Shown in pieces: positions 29,319 to 38,353 of a stretch of 64,000 nucleotides of DNA (positions are counted from its first letter, which is position 1; each line of letters starts with the position of its first letter). Made by a program: the position numbers and the translations under genes. The notes below the pieces were generated by a model. The model saw only the letters and a program-made list of their open reading frames with translations. It was not told the origin of the DNA and made no database searches. The stretch lies in assembly GCA_041697335.1 (NCBI GenBank), contig JBGUGD010000002.1, forward strand, positions 128,001-192,000. The letters are read 5' to 3'. The stretch is from Vampirovibrionaceae bacterium NZW_1234. GTDB taxonomy: Bacteria > Cyanobacteriota > Vampirovibrionia > Vampirovibrionales > JAGQHJ01.

Positions 29319-30038
29319 ATGACGACTTTGATTTTACGCCATTCATCAGACAATAGCTTGGGGCATCTGGTCGAGGTACTGGAACGACGCAATTTGCCCT
29401 ATCTCTATTGGAATGTCCATGAAATGGCCTTTGGAGACTTTGTTTTGCCCGACAATACGTCGATGTTGGTGGTCCTGGGGGGCATGATGAATGTCGATCA
29501 GACTCGTAAATATGATTTTTTGCTCCCGGAGCGGGCTTTTATCCGCCAATGCTTTTTAGATGGGATGCCCATCTTTGGCATTTGCCTCGGGGCACAACTC
29601 CTTGCTCGTAGTCTTGAGGCACCCGTGACCAAAAATCCCACCAAGGAGGTGGGTTGGACCCCGATTCAGCTTACGACCGAGGGGTACTCAGACCCGGTTT
29701 TGTCCCGGTTGGGCGATGGGATAGCTCAGTTTCAATGGCATGAAGATACTTTTGCCTTGCCTCATGGGGCTTCTCATTTGGCTTGGAATGCCGACTGTCA
29801 AAATCAGGCGTTTCGCTTGACCCCCTACGTGTATGGGGTTCAATTCCATCCCGAAGTTGATTTCGATACGATCCGAGGTTGGTTGAACAGCTCGAAAAGT
29901 CTTTCACCCGAGCGTGCGGACGAAATTTGGTCTGAAACCCTGGCTCATTTTGAAACCAGGAAGAGGGCAAGCCAGGCAATGTTTGACGCGTTCTGCCAAC
30001 AGGCGTCACTTGCGCCATCCGTTTGTCAGGCAAAATGA
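29319..30038 (+). CDS. type 1 glutamine amidotransferase
   Basis: VLGG, GICLGAQL, QWHEDTF, GVQFHPE. Confidence 0.92.
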   Translation: MTTLILRHSSDNSLGHLVEVLERRNLPYLYWNVHEMAFGDFVLPDNTSMLVVLGGMMNVDQTRKYDFLLPERAFIRQCFLDGMPIFGICLGAQLLARSLEAPVTKNPTKEVGWTPIQLTTEGYSDPVLSRLGDGIAQFQWHEDTFALPHGASHLAWNADCQNQAFRLTPYVYGVQFHPEVDFDTIRGWLNSSKSLSPERADEIWSETLAHFETRKRASQAMFDAFCQQASLAPSVCQAK

Positions 30039-30051
30039 TTTTTTAAACTCC

Positions 30052-31581
30052 TTATACGGCAGCTTGCTCCCGATCTCGAGGATTTGGACGGTCCGCCTGA
30101 GCCACAAAGGCTCCGGAATGACAAGCGGTCATAAACAACTTTGCAGAGTGGAAGTCGGCCATATAGGTATTAAAGTAAGCTTTGAGCTGATCTTCGGTCA
30201 GATTGACGGGGCGTTGTCCGCCTCGACCATCCGGGACGTTTCCGATATGGACGTACCCTCGGAGGGCGCCTTGACGATGAGCCTCTTGCTGCGGTAATCC
30301 GGCTTCGACCCCATCGGTACTCCCATGCCCTAACACGGCGACTAAGGCTTCTGCACCGGGATTTCGAGATGAAAACTCCCGCATTCTTTGGAAAGCCTGC
30401 TGCATGGCTTCTGGCGTGCAATTTTCAACGACTTCAATATTGTCATCGGTAACCCCGTAGCGATCCTTGGTCATTTGTACTAGGCGTTGCCGATGATCTT
30501 GTAAAACGGCACCGTCACTATGGGGATCTCTGCTGGAGGTGGGGCCAATGAAGACGAGCACTCGCCGAGGGCGTCTCTCTCGCTGGTCCCACCCTTGGGT
30601 TCCCTGGCTCGACTGGACCGGGTGTTCGCAGGGCTGATGCCCCATTAAGGGTCTGGCAATAGTGCCTTGGCTTGCGGCACGATGTGCTTCATCGATGGTA
30701 TTGCAACGTCCGAGGGCATCCAGGAACATGGTCATACGATCCTGATTGCGTTCGGCTTGAACGTAGGTGACCTGGTCCTGGCCTGAGCTGGCTAAGACTT
30801 GGGTATTCCGAGGCCAACGATTTGTTAATCTGGAATCTTGTGTGTCCAGCTGGGTACGTTGTCCAACAAGCCCATATCGGCGCTGCAAAGAACCCATTGT
30901 GCTAATATTTGCCTGCTCTGATTGACGTGCGTCTTGAAGTGCTTCTGCTGCTTTGTTTCTGAATAGACCAATTCCCCAACGGAACAGGCCAGCCAACGGT
31001 TTTAGTAAGAGTGGTGGATTTTTCCACCAGTTTAAACGATTGTCCCACTTATTAAAGCGCTGTTCACAACTGCGCCGATGTTCACGCAATTGGGGGTATT
31101 CACTTCGAACACGGATTATTTCTTGATTCAGCCGTGCCGATTCCTGAACGAAGACATTTTCTGAGGTGTTGGCTTGCCGACCTTCCAGTTCTGCAAGATA
31201 GGCTTGATCAAAGTCACGATTGGCGAGTTGTGATTGTTGCATCGCTAAATCTGATGTCTGGCGCTGCTCAATGATTCTTTGAGCCAATGACGGGTTGTGG
31301 CTGAGTCGGGCTCGTATTTGCTCGGGTGAATAATAACGTGAAAAATCCAGTATGCTTTCTCCCGGAGCCAGACGCATTTGACCAGCTTCAATAGAGCGGA
31401 TGATGTCCTCATTCAGTCGGTTATAGCGGCTGGACCAATTTTGTTGGTTTTGAGCCAGATAACGTTCAATGGCATCCACGCGGGGGCCTACATCGCTTAC
31501 GGATCTGAGAGGATTCCCAAACGATGGATAGGGTTGCGATACTCGGCTGTGAAAGCTTGGATTAACCGTTCCCACACTCAT
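30052..31581 (-). CDS. helical N-terminal region fused to a circularly permuted caspase-like (clan CD) peptidase domain
   Basis: ALVAVLGHG (His) and LFMTACHSG (Cys) near the C-terminus; p10-like QVLASSGQDQVTY..FLDAL..TIDEAH..HQP lies upstream of RRVLVFIG. Confidence 0.7.
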   Translation of the reverse strand: MSVGTVNPSFHSRVSQPYPSFGNPLRSVSDVGPRVDAIERYLAQNQQNWSSRYNRLNEDIIRSIEAGQMRLAPGESILDFSRYYSPEQIRARLSHNPSLAQRIIEQRQTSDLAMQQSQLANRDFDQAYLAELEGRQANTSENVFVQESARLNQEIIRVRSEYPQLREHRRSCEQRFNKWDNRLNWWKNPPLLLKPLAGLFRWGIGLFRNKAAEALQDARQSEQANISTMGSLQRRYGLVGQRTQLDTQDSRLTNRWPRNTQVLASSGQDQVTYVQAERNQDRMTMFLDALGRCNTIDEAHRAASQGTIARPLMGHQPCEHPVQSSQGTQGWDQRERRPRRVLVFIGPTSSRDPHSDGAVLQDHRQRLVQMTKDRYGVTDDNIEVVENCTPEAMQQAFQRMREFSSRNPGAEALVAVLGHGSTDGVEAGLPQQEAHRQGALRGYVHIGNVPDGRGGQRPVNLTEDQLKAYFNTYMADFHSAKLFMTACHSGAFVAQADRPNPRDREQAAV

Positions 31582-31650
31582 GTACTGTACATCCCTCTTG
31601 TGTTTCTCTCTCGTGATCCATGCAATGCATGGAGCCTAGTCCCTCACATG

Positions 31651-31683
31651 TGCTTAAAAACCATGAATCTGAATTTTTTGTTA
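31651..31683 (-). promoter_or_regulatory. conserved upstream motif, copy 2 (TAACAAAAAA-N13-TTTTTAAGCA)
   Basis: 30/33 identical to 15158-15190; about 70 nt upstream of the ATG at 31581. Confidence 0.7.
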
Positions 31684-31889
31684 GGGGAGCAGAACAATAC
31701 TGATATGAGGCTAAATTCGGATTTTAGGAGGCTGAAATATTGAACTGCGTAATTGTTCAGTCTGGATTGTGGGTTCTCTTGGCTGGTTGCCTAATTTATC
31801 TTTCCATCAGGAGTGCTACGCTAGTTTCCAATGTACAGTTTACATACCTAACTTATGTGTAAGAAGACATTAATCAGGAGGATTCAGCA

Positions 31890-32174
31890 ATGGCAGTAAC
31901 TGAAAAACTGCAGTCCATGGGTGTGCAGGATACAGAAATGAAGGTCGGTGTCGATAAACCCAGCAATCACCTGGTGTACTGGACTTCGCTCGGCTTTATT
32001 GGCTTATCCTTGGCCTTATATTTGGGCCGAAAATATCAATCGGCCAACTTTATTGGGCTTTGGGTACCTTCATTGCTAGGCTTGGGCATTTATCTGAAGG
32101 AAAATAAAGTATTGGATCTACAGAAGAAAATGATTCAACAACAGCCTAATGTCAGCTCCTTGGGAATGAGCTAA
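31890..32174 (+). CDS. small two-TM membrane protein
   Basis: AGGAGGA RBS; two hydrophobic segments including ANFIGLWVPSLLGLGIY. Confidence 0.8.
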   Translation: MAVTEKLQSMGVQDTEMKVGVDKPSNHLVYWTSLGFIGLSLALYLGRKYQSANFIGLWVPSLLGLGIYLKENKVLDLQKKMIQQQPNVSSLGMS

Positions 32175-32391
32175 GGGCTGCTTTTCGGCAAAACGAGAAA
32201 GACCGAATCCGGACTCGGCAATGATTCCCATTGTATACTTTTGCGATATTCCTTCGAAGCCTGTCCATTGAGTGATTTGACGATGGGCAAGGTCCTTCAT
32301 AGAATGGAAGAATCAATATACTGCCTTAGCGCAATATCCTGGCTTGAGCTGTTTTATAGCGCTAGTAGGATTTGATGGGTTATTATTGCCG

Positions 32392-33495
32392 ATGTCCGTA
32401 TCCGGAATTTTGTTGAAGCCTGCCATTGCTTCAGGGTTGACATTTGCGAAACGTTCGCACGATTTGGTGCCGCTTCGTTTCGGTAACCAGCCAGAAGCGC
32501 GCTCGATATTGTTGGAAGGCATTCTCAATCGTGCTCAAAAGCCCCTTCCAAAAACGACCTGGGATGTGGTCGATCAATATCGCTTCTTAGGGACGATTCT
32601 AGTCTGTTCGTTATTTGCGAATCTTGCACATTTGGCCAGCCGACTGATTCCCTGGTTTAAGCGCTTACAAAACAAGTTGGAAAGCTGGGCCATTTTCCAA
32701 TCCTCATCTACAGCAAGTATTCAGAAGCTTGCTTCAACACGCCTGCGTGAGGAAATTGGTGAGGAACGCTACTTTACAACGCCTCAAGGGAACAAAATTC
32801 ATTATTGGTATGTTCCGGCAAAAGGGGATAAGCCAACCGTTCTTTATGCGCACGGCAATTTTGGTAATATGAATCATCGTGAGTATATTATTGACCAGTT
32901 TACCAAGGCAGGGTATGGGTTTATGATTTTCGATCCCCGAGGCTATGGCAATAGTACGGGGCAATCTTCGGAAGAAGGAATGTATGAAGATTACGAAGCC
33001 GCAAGCCGCCATCTGGAGAAGCGGCATCGGATTCCGTTAGCAAACCAAATTGCCGCCGGGGAATCCCTCGGAGGCGGAATTGTAACCCATGTGGCGCAGA
33101 CTCGAAAGTTCAAGGCTGTTATCTTATGTGCTACTTTTACATCAATTCCTGATGTGTTTCGGCATTTGAAGTCTCGATTTTCTTTACTGGGGTGGTTTTT
33201 ACCTTCAGAAGATAAAGTACAGCAGCAGTTTCGCTCCCTGGATAAGATTGCTAATATCAAATCCCCGCTGGTATTTATCCATGGGGACTTTGACGATGTT
33301 GTCCCAATGTCGATGACCAGACGGTTGTTTCAAGAGGCGCGCCAAACCCCGTTGAAATGTTATATTACGGTTCGAGGGGCGGAGCACTGTGTCAATGCAT
33401 TCCCCTTCGATCAATTAATCCCTCGCCTGGGTGCCTTTATCCAAAAGGTTGATGCCTTAAAAACCGCTAATAGGACTACGGATTCCGCCCGATAA
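32392..33495 (+). CDS. alpha/beta hydrolase (BEM46/ABHD13-like) with N-terminal extension
   Basis: YAHGN, DPRGYGNS, GESLGG (Ser), IHGDFDDVVP (Asp), GAEH (His). Confidence 0.9.
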   Translation: MSVSGILLKPAIASGLTFAKRSHDLVPLRFGNQPEARSILLEGILNRAQKPLPKTTWDVVDQYRFLGTILVCSLFANLAHLASRLIPWFKRLQNKLESWAIFQSSSTASIQKLASTRLREEIGEERYFTTPQGNKIHYWYVPAKGDKPTVLYAHGNFGNMNHREYIIDQFTKAGYGFMIFDPRGYGNSTGQSSEEGMYEDYEAASRHLEKRHRIPLANQIAAGESLGGGIVTHVAQTRKFKAVILCATFTSIPDVFRHLKSRFSLLGWFLPSEDKVQQQFRSLDKIANIKSPLVFIHGDFDDVVPMSMTRRLFQEARQTPLKCYITVRGAEHCVNAFPFDQLIPRLGAFIQKVDALKTANRTTDSAR

Positions 33496-33582
33496 TATCT
33501 CCTGCGTTATTCCGGAAGCAGCAAGTTATGCGCAACTTTTATCGCTTCTCCGGTTTTTATGCAGGTATAGCGTAGAGATAGA

Positions 33583-35745
33583 TTGTGTGTTGGAGTCGTG
33601 GGAAAAAGAGACCAGTTGACTTTTTTACGGGCGCAACGTCGACGAACACCTGTGTTATGGGCGTTACTTTTGGTATTTTTGGTCGCGCTGCCTTGGGTAA
33701 TTGAGGGGTTGGATAGTATTGAATTGCATCACTTCGAAGACCGCCAGCGTCAGATCCTTGAGAATCGTTATAATAGCGGGATTGTGTTAGTTGAAGTGGA
33801 TAATGTATCTCAAAATGACCAGACGATTCGCTCGCTCTTTGGACGTTACCCTTGGCGTCGTGAGATTTATGCTTATCTTTTGCGGTTTTCCCAACGGGCA
33901 CAGAGTAAAGCCGTTTTAATGGAGGCGTCCTTTACCGGCGGGGCTGATATTGATCATCCTGAGTCGGATCAGGCCTTTATTGATGCGATCTCTCCTAAGG
34001 TACCCGTGATTACCAGTTTAAGTGAAGCCAGCAAGGTTGATTTGGCGCCGTTCGAATCCGCCTCGGAGCGAGAAGCTATGTTTGAAGCACTGTCTCGTGA
34101 ATGGCGTAACATTGAAGGGCCACCCATTGTTGATGTGCATTTTTATGATGCATTTGAGGTCCCCTTTGAGAGAATTGTGCGTTCTCCCGCGTATTTTTAC
34201 CCATTGGATGATTTGGTTTTTGATGCCAATGGGAAGGTCCGTCAGGTCGTTTTGTTCGGGCGCGGTAAGATTCGCAATGGAATTCCAACTTGGCCGGTTG
34301 CCCCCTTTGTATTGAATCCATCAGCCAAAGTGGTGACGACACCGCAAGGTGAGCTGATTTTAGGGACGCATAAGGTTCATTTGCGAGGTGAAGCAAATCC
34401 TATTATTAATTGGTACGGCAATGTCTCCAAGTCGGGCCAAAAAATTTATCCGAGATACTCACTTTCGCACGTCGTGAAATCCCAGATGGCATGGGAATGC
34501 CGTCAAAATCCTAAGCTGTCTGTCTGTCATCGCTTTGATTATAAGAATACGCCGTTGTTGGATCCGGTGATCTTTCATCAACGCTATGTGCTGGTGGGGT
34601 ATAACTCCAGCTGGTTCGATTCACATACATACTCTACGCTATATGACCGGGAGAACCATTCTCAAAAATATCCAAACTTGTTTATTCAGGCCAATATCCT
34701 GGACAACTTGATCCATGACGATTTCATTGGCCGTCCTGGTTGGCGGATTCCAATTCCTTGGGGCCAAGGGAAATCCGTATCTCTCGTTACCGGATTGATT
34801 TGCTTTCTCCTATTTGTCTCTACTTATATTTTGGCCAATCGCATTCGCTCCGTATTATTCAGTTTATTTTGGGTTATTGTTTTGGGCGGCGTTTATAGCT
34901 GGTTGACTGTGTTTGCCTATCATCACTGGAATTTGTGGTTGAATTGGGCCTACCCTATTGCTTCCATGGGTGTGACTTATGTGAGTACATACCTGTATCG
35001 CTTTACCCAGGCCGAAAAGCGCAAGCACCAGTTACGCATGGCCTTTGCTAAGTACATGTCTCCCACCTCAATGGCCTATATCGAGAAGCATATGGATAGT
35101 ACACAGCTTCGCAGCCAGAAGCGCCAACTCACGTATCTTTTTTGCGATATTCGCGGTTTTACCACCTTTGCCGAGCAAAATCCTCCGGCTCGGGTTCAGG
35201 CGGTTCTGACAGAATACTTCACCCAGATGAATGCCGTCATTTTGCATGACTATCGGGGCGTGATTAACAAACTGATTGGAGATGCGATTCTGGCTTATTG
35301 GGGTTTTCCGATTGAAAGCAAGAATGATGCTGTGATGGCGGTCTCTGCGGCATTAGAGATGAAGGCCCTGAATCAGGCCTGGTTGGATGATCCGACCAAA
35401 CCGCCGCTTCGGATTGGTATAGGCATTAATACGGGTGAAGGTATGGTCGGGGATATCGGTTCTCAGGATTTTATGGATTTCACCGTCATTGGTGACAGTG
35501 TCAATACGGCAGCCCGCCTTGAAAAACTAAACAAGACCTTTGGTACGACCATCATTATTTCCAAGGCAACGTATGATTTGGTTAAGGATCATATTGAAGC
35601 CCGTTATTTAGGAACGGTTGAGCTTCCTGGCAAGTCTCAGCGTGTGGAGGTATACGAACCCTTAACGCTAAAAGCTCCCATACCGACGAAGGTGGGGAAA
35701 ACGGTCTTAGTCGGAAACCCGTCGACGGCTGACTCGTTTCATTGA
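33583..35745 (+). CDS. CHASE2-domain class III adenylate/guanylate cyclase; start uncertain
   Basis: YPWRR CHASE2 motif and three TMs; FCDIRGFT, KLIGDA, GIGINTG, VIGDSVNTAARLE. Confidence 0.93.
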   Translation: MCVGVVGKRDQLTFLRAQRRRTPVLWALLLVFLVALPWVIEGLDSIELHHFEDRQRQILENRYNSGIVLVEVDNVSQNDQTIRSLFGRYPWRREIYAYLLRFSQRAQSKAVLMEASFTGGADIDHPESDQAFIDAISPKVPVITSLSEASKVDLAPFESASEREAMFEALSREWRNIEGPPIVDVHFYDAFEVPFERIVRSPAYFYPLDDLVFDANGKVRQVVLFGRGKIRNGIPTWPVAPFVLNPSAKVVTTPQGELILGTHKVHLRGEANPIINWYGNVSKSGQKIYPRYSLSHVVKSQMAWECRQNPKLSVCHRFDYKNTPLLDPVIFHQRYVLVGYNSSWFDSHTYSTLYDRENHSQKYPNLFIQANILDNLIHDDFIGRPGWRIPIPWGQGKSVSLVTGLICFLLFVSTYILANRIRSVLFSLFWVIVLGGVYSWLTVFAYHHWNLWLNWAYPIASMGVTYVSTYLYRFTQAEKRKHQLRMAFAKYMSPTSMAYIEKHMDSTQLRSQKRQLTYLFCDIRGFTTFAEQNPPARVQAVLTEYFTQMNAVILHDYRGVINKLIGDAILAYWGFPIESKNDAVMAVSAALEMKALNQAWLDDPTKPPLRIGIGINTGEGMVGDIGSQDFMDFTVIGDSVNTAARLEKLNKTFGTTIIISKATYDLVKDHIEARYLGTVELPGKSQRVEVYEPLTLKAPIPTKVGKTVLVGNPSTADSFH

Positions 35746-35987
35746 TTTTTCTTGAATATTGTGACCTGTGTCATGCTTTATTTGAGGAGCAAAACTTAAT
35801 TGACGAACGCCCTTTTATTACTTGGTAATCGATAAGCCTATTTTAACAAAAGCAATAATAGGGTGTTACAAAGTAATGAAAAGGGAATGTATCACGGGTT
35901 TTATGCCCATACAGGAATATAATGGGACGTTGACTTCGTACATGGGTGTGAGGGAATAGTCGTCAGAGATTGGGAAAGGATATTTGT

Positions 35988-36935
35988 ATGGTAGCGATTG
36001 ATGGTAAAACCGGCCCGAAAGGGGCGGGTGTTGGCAACTACGGTTATAATGCCGGAGATGCATTGGTGAAGGTGCTGGACAAGTCACTCGAGGGTCCTAT
36101 CTCTAATGAGGACAAGGAGGTTATGAAGAAACTGACTGTGCGGTACAGTCCTGAAACCAAACCGACAGTGCCGGATTATGCAAACGTGTTCGGCATGACC
36201 CAGCGCTTAATGGAGCGCTTGGATAAGGATGGCGATGGGAATATTCAGCGAGGGGAAATTACCAATTTGTTGAATCGGAAGCTGTCTGGTGTAGAAGCTT
36301 TTGGCTTCGGTATTGTCGATGTTAACAATGACAAGCAAATCAGCTTTGAAGAGGCCGCAGCTACATTAATTCACCTGGATCAGAATAATAAGAATTTTGA
36401 TGGACAAATTGATGCAAAGGAAGCCACTGGGGGGATTGGCATATTTAGCGGAGCTAAGATCAAAAAGATTATGGAGTCACCAGCATTTAAGACGCAGTTG
36501 GCTGAATATAAAGAGGCAAAGAGCAAACCCTCGGTTAAAGCGGTCACTGTTAGCGATGAGAAGCCCGTCGCCAAACCTGCAGATAAACCCGCCGACAAGG
36601 CAACGGAAAAAAATGTCGATAAACCAGTGGCTAAGCCCAAAACACCAGCGACAATTACACCCATGGATCCTAAATTCATCCAATTTATGAAAGATTCGGC
36701 AGGCAAATCCAAGATTACCCTGAAAACCTTTACGGGATATGTGGATGAATGGAATAGAACTCATGCCGAGCGAGAAGGCAATGGCTGTATTACGGCTACC
36801 GGTAAAGATTTGCAGAATTTCTTTAAACAGCTTCGGAAGGGGCATAATAACTGGGGGATCGATCTTAGCATTACATCTCGAGATCTGGATTCGTTGTTGA
36901 ATAAAGCGACCCCGGAACAGCGCAAATATCGATAA
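35988..36935 (+). CDS. EF-hand calcium-binding protein, Lys-rich
   Basis: Loops DKDGDGNIQRGE, DVNNDKQISFEE and DQNNKNFDGQIDAKE; KP-rich linker. Confidence 0.8.
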   Translation: MVAIDGKTGPKGAGVGNYGYNAGDALVKVLDKSLEGPISNEDKEVMKKLTVRYSPETKPTVPDYANVFGMTQRLMERLDKDGDGNIQRGEITNLLNRKLSGVEAFGFGIVDVNNDKQISFEEAAATLIHLDQNNKNFDGQIDAKEATGGIGIFSGAKIKKIMESPAFKTQLAEYKEAKSKPSVKAVTVSDEKPVAKPADKPADKATEKNVDKPVAKPKTPATITPMDPKFIQFMKDSAGKSKITLKTFTGYVDEWNRTHAEREGNGCITATGKDLQNFFKQLRKGHNNWGIDLSITSRDLDSLLNKATPEQRKYR

Positions 36936-37076
36936 CACTGGTTTTTCTTACTTTAGGCCTTCTGCCCCGAACGACATCTATCGAAGTCTTTTGGGGCAAT
37001 ATGCTTCTCTTGGAATGGTTTAAGCCTAATTCTTAAAAAATGATTGTTAAATTTTTGTTGTAAAAGATATACCACT

Positions 37077-37110
37077 TAACAAAAAACTAATGATTGATCA
37101 TTTTTATACA
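37077..37110 (+). promoter_or_regulatory. conserved upstream motif, copy 3 (TAACAAAAAA-N14-TTTTTATACA)
   Basis: Both boxes and the internal GATT are shared with copies 1 and 2; 70 nt upstream of ATG 37180. Confidence 0.6.
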
Positions 37111-37179
37111 CATACGGTCTATTTGAAAACAATGTGGACATAGGTAATCAGTAAGGTCACACAAGGGAGTGCTGGGAAA

Positions 37180-38277
37180 ATGGTCAATCGCATGCTTTTA
37201 AATCCAAATGGTAATTTCGTCGGTGGTGCCGGCTTCGGCATGAACGCCAATTTACGCTTGAACTTGGCATTAAATGCAAGTCTTCGTTTTAATGGCAATT
37301 TTGGTACAGCCAGTTCGTTACCCATTGGTTTGGGTACCGGTTGGGGTAGCGGCACCGGTTTCGGGGTCAACCCGGGCTGGGGTAGCGGTATCGGGTTTAA
37401 TCCCAATCTGGGTATTGGCTTGGGTGGCAATGCTAGCTTCGGTATGAATCCGGGCTGGGGGCTGAACCCTGGGTTTGGAATGAATCCCGGCTGGGGCGTT
37501 AATCCCGGCTTTGGAATGAATCCCGGTTTGGCTGGTGGTGGTGCCGGCTTTGGCTGGGGTGGCGGTGCTGGAGGTTTTGGCAGCGTAGGTTTTAATCCTG
37601 GATTTGGAACCTCTGGCTTTGGTACCGGTGGTTTTGGTGTCACCATTAGCGGCAATATCAATTGGAATATGGCTGGAGGTATTGGCGGTCGTGTCAATAC
37701 GGGTGGCGGCATAGGCGGCACTGTGACCGGTGGTGGTACAGTGACGGGAGGCGGTACTGTCACAGGAACAATCCCAGCACCTCGCCCTCGTCGTCGTGAC
37801 CCCTTGGCCTTGGATATGGGCAGTGGTATCGGGGTTCAACGCACCAATAATGGCTTTGATTTAACCGGTCGTGGCAATCGTGCGGCCGAGTGGTTCCGTC
37901 CCGCAGGTGATCAGACTCCGGCCATTGTTGTTCGCCCTGATGCAGATGGTCAGGTTCGGGATGGTCGAAACCTGTTTGGAGATGCCAATGGGGATCGCAA
38001 CGGTTTTAATGCGCTGGCTCGCTATGATGATAACCGGGATGGCCGTGTGGACGCCCAAGAGGCCCTGCGTCACGGAATTGCTCTGTGGCAGGATCGCAAT
38101 GGCAATGGCCGTGTAGACGCCGGTGAAATGAGCAGCTTCGGCCAGCTTGGCGTAGCCTCTATTGATACGAATTACCGTGAGACCAATGATGAAGTTTTAC
38201 GGCAGCAAGGGCGTTTTACCCGGACTAACGGAACAACCGGCCTTGCGGCTGATGCTTGGTTGGCAAGCCGGTCTTAA
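37180..38277 (+). CDS. Gly-rich low-complexity protein with C-terminal FrpC-type self-processing (Asp-Pro) module
   Basis: D207-P208 in RRRDPLALD, followed by FD, DG..DGRNLFGD, GFNALARYDDNRDGRVD, LWQDRNGNG, LGVASID, QQGRFT..GTT..D, all in SPM order. Confidence 0.8.
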   Translation: MVNRMLLNPNGNFVGGAGFGMNANLRLNLALNASLRFNGNFGTASSLPIGLGTGWGSGTGFGVNPGWGSGIGFNPNLGIGLGGNASFGMNPGWGLNPGFGMNPGWGVNPGFGMNPGLAGGGAGFGWGGGAGGFGSVGFNPGFGTSGFGTGGFGVTISGNINWNMAGGIGGRVNTGGGIGGTVTGGGTVTGGGTVTGTIPAPRPRRRDPLALDMGSGIGVQRTNNGFDLTGRGNRAAEWFRPAGDQTPAIVVRPDADGQVRDGRNLFGDANGDRNGFNALARYDDNRDGRVDAQEALRHGIALWQDRNGNGRVDAGEMSSFGQLGVASIDTNYRETNDEVLRQQGRFTRTNGTTGLAADAWLASRS

Positions 38278-38301
38278 ACTTCTTATTCCTGGGAACACCG
38301 C

Positions 38302-38338
38302 GACATACCCGATGCTGAGATAGGTGTCGGGTATTGTC
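38302..38338. terminator. hairpin between convergent genes
   Basis: GACATACCCGATGC / GTGTCGGGTATTGTC imperfect inverted repeat. Confidence 0.55.
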
Positions 38339-38353
38339 CTGCTTAACCGAGAT

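Noticed and set aside
37119..37839. Pro-rich 214-aa and 173-aa minus-strand ORFs
   Set aside because: Antisense shadows of Gly codons. The + frame continues into a recognisable SPM domain.
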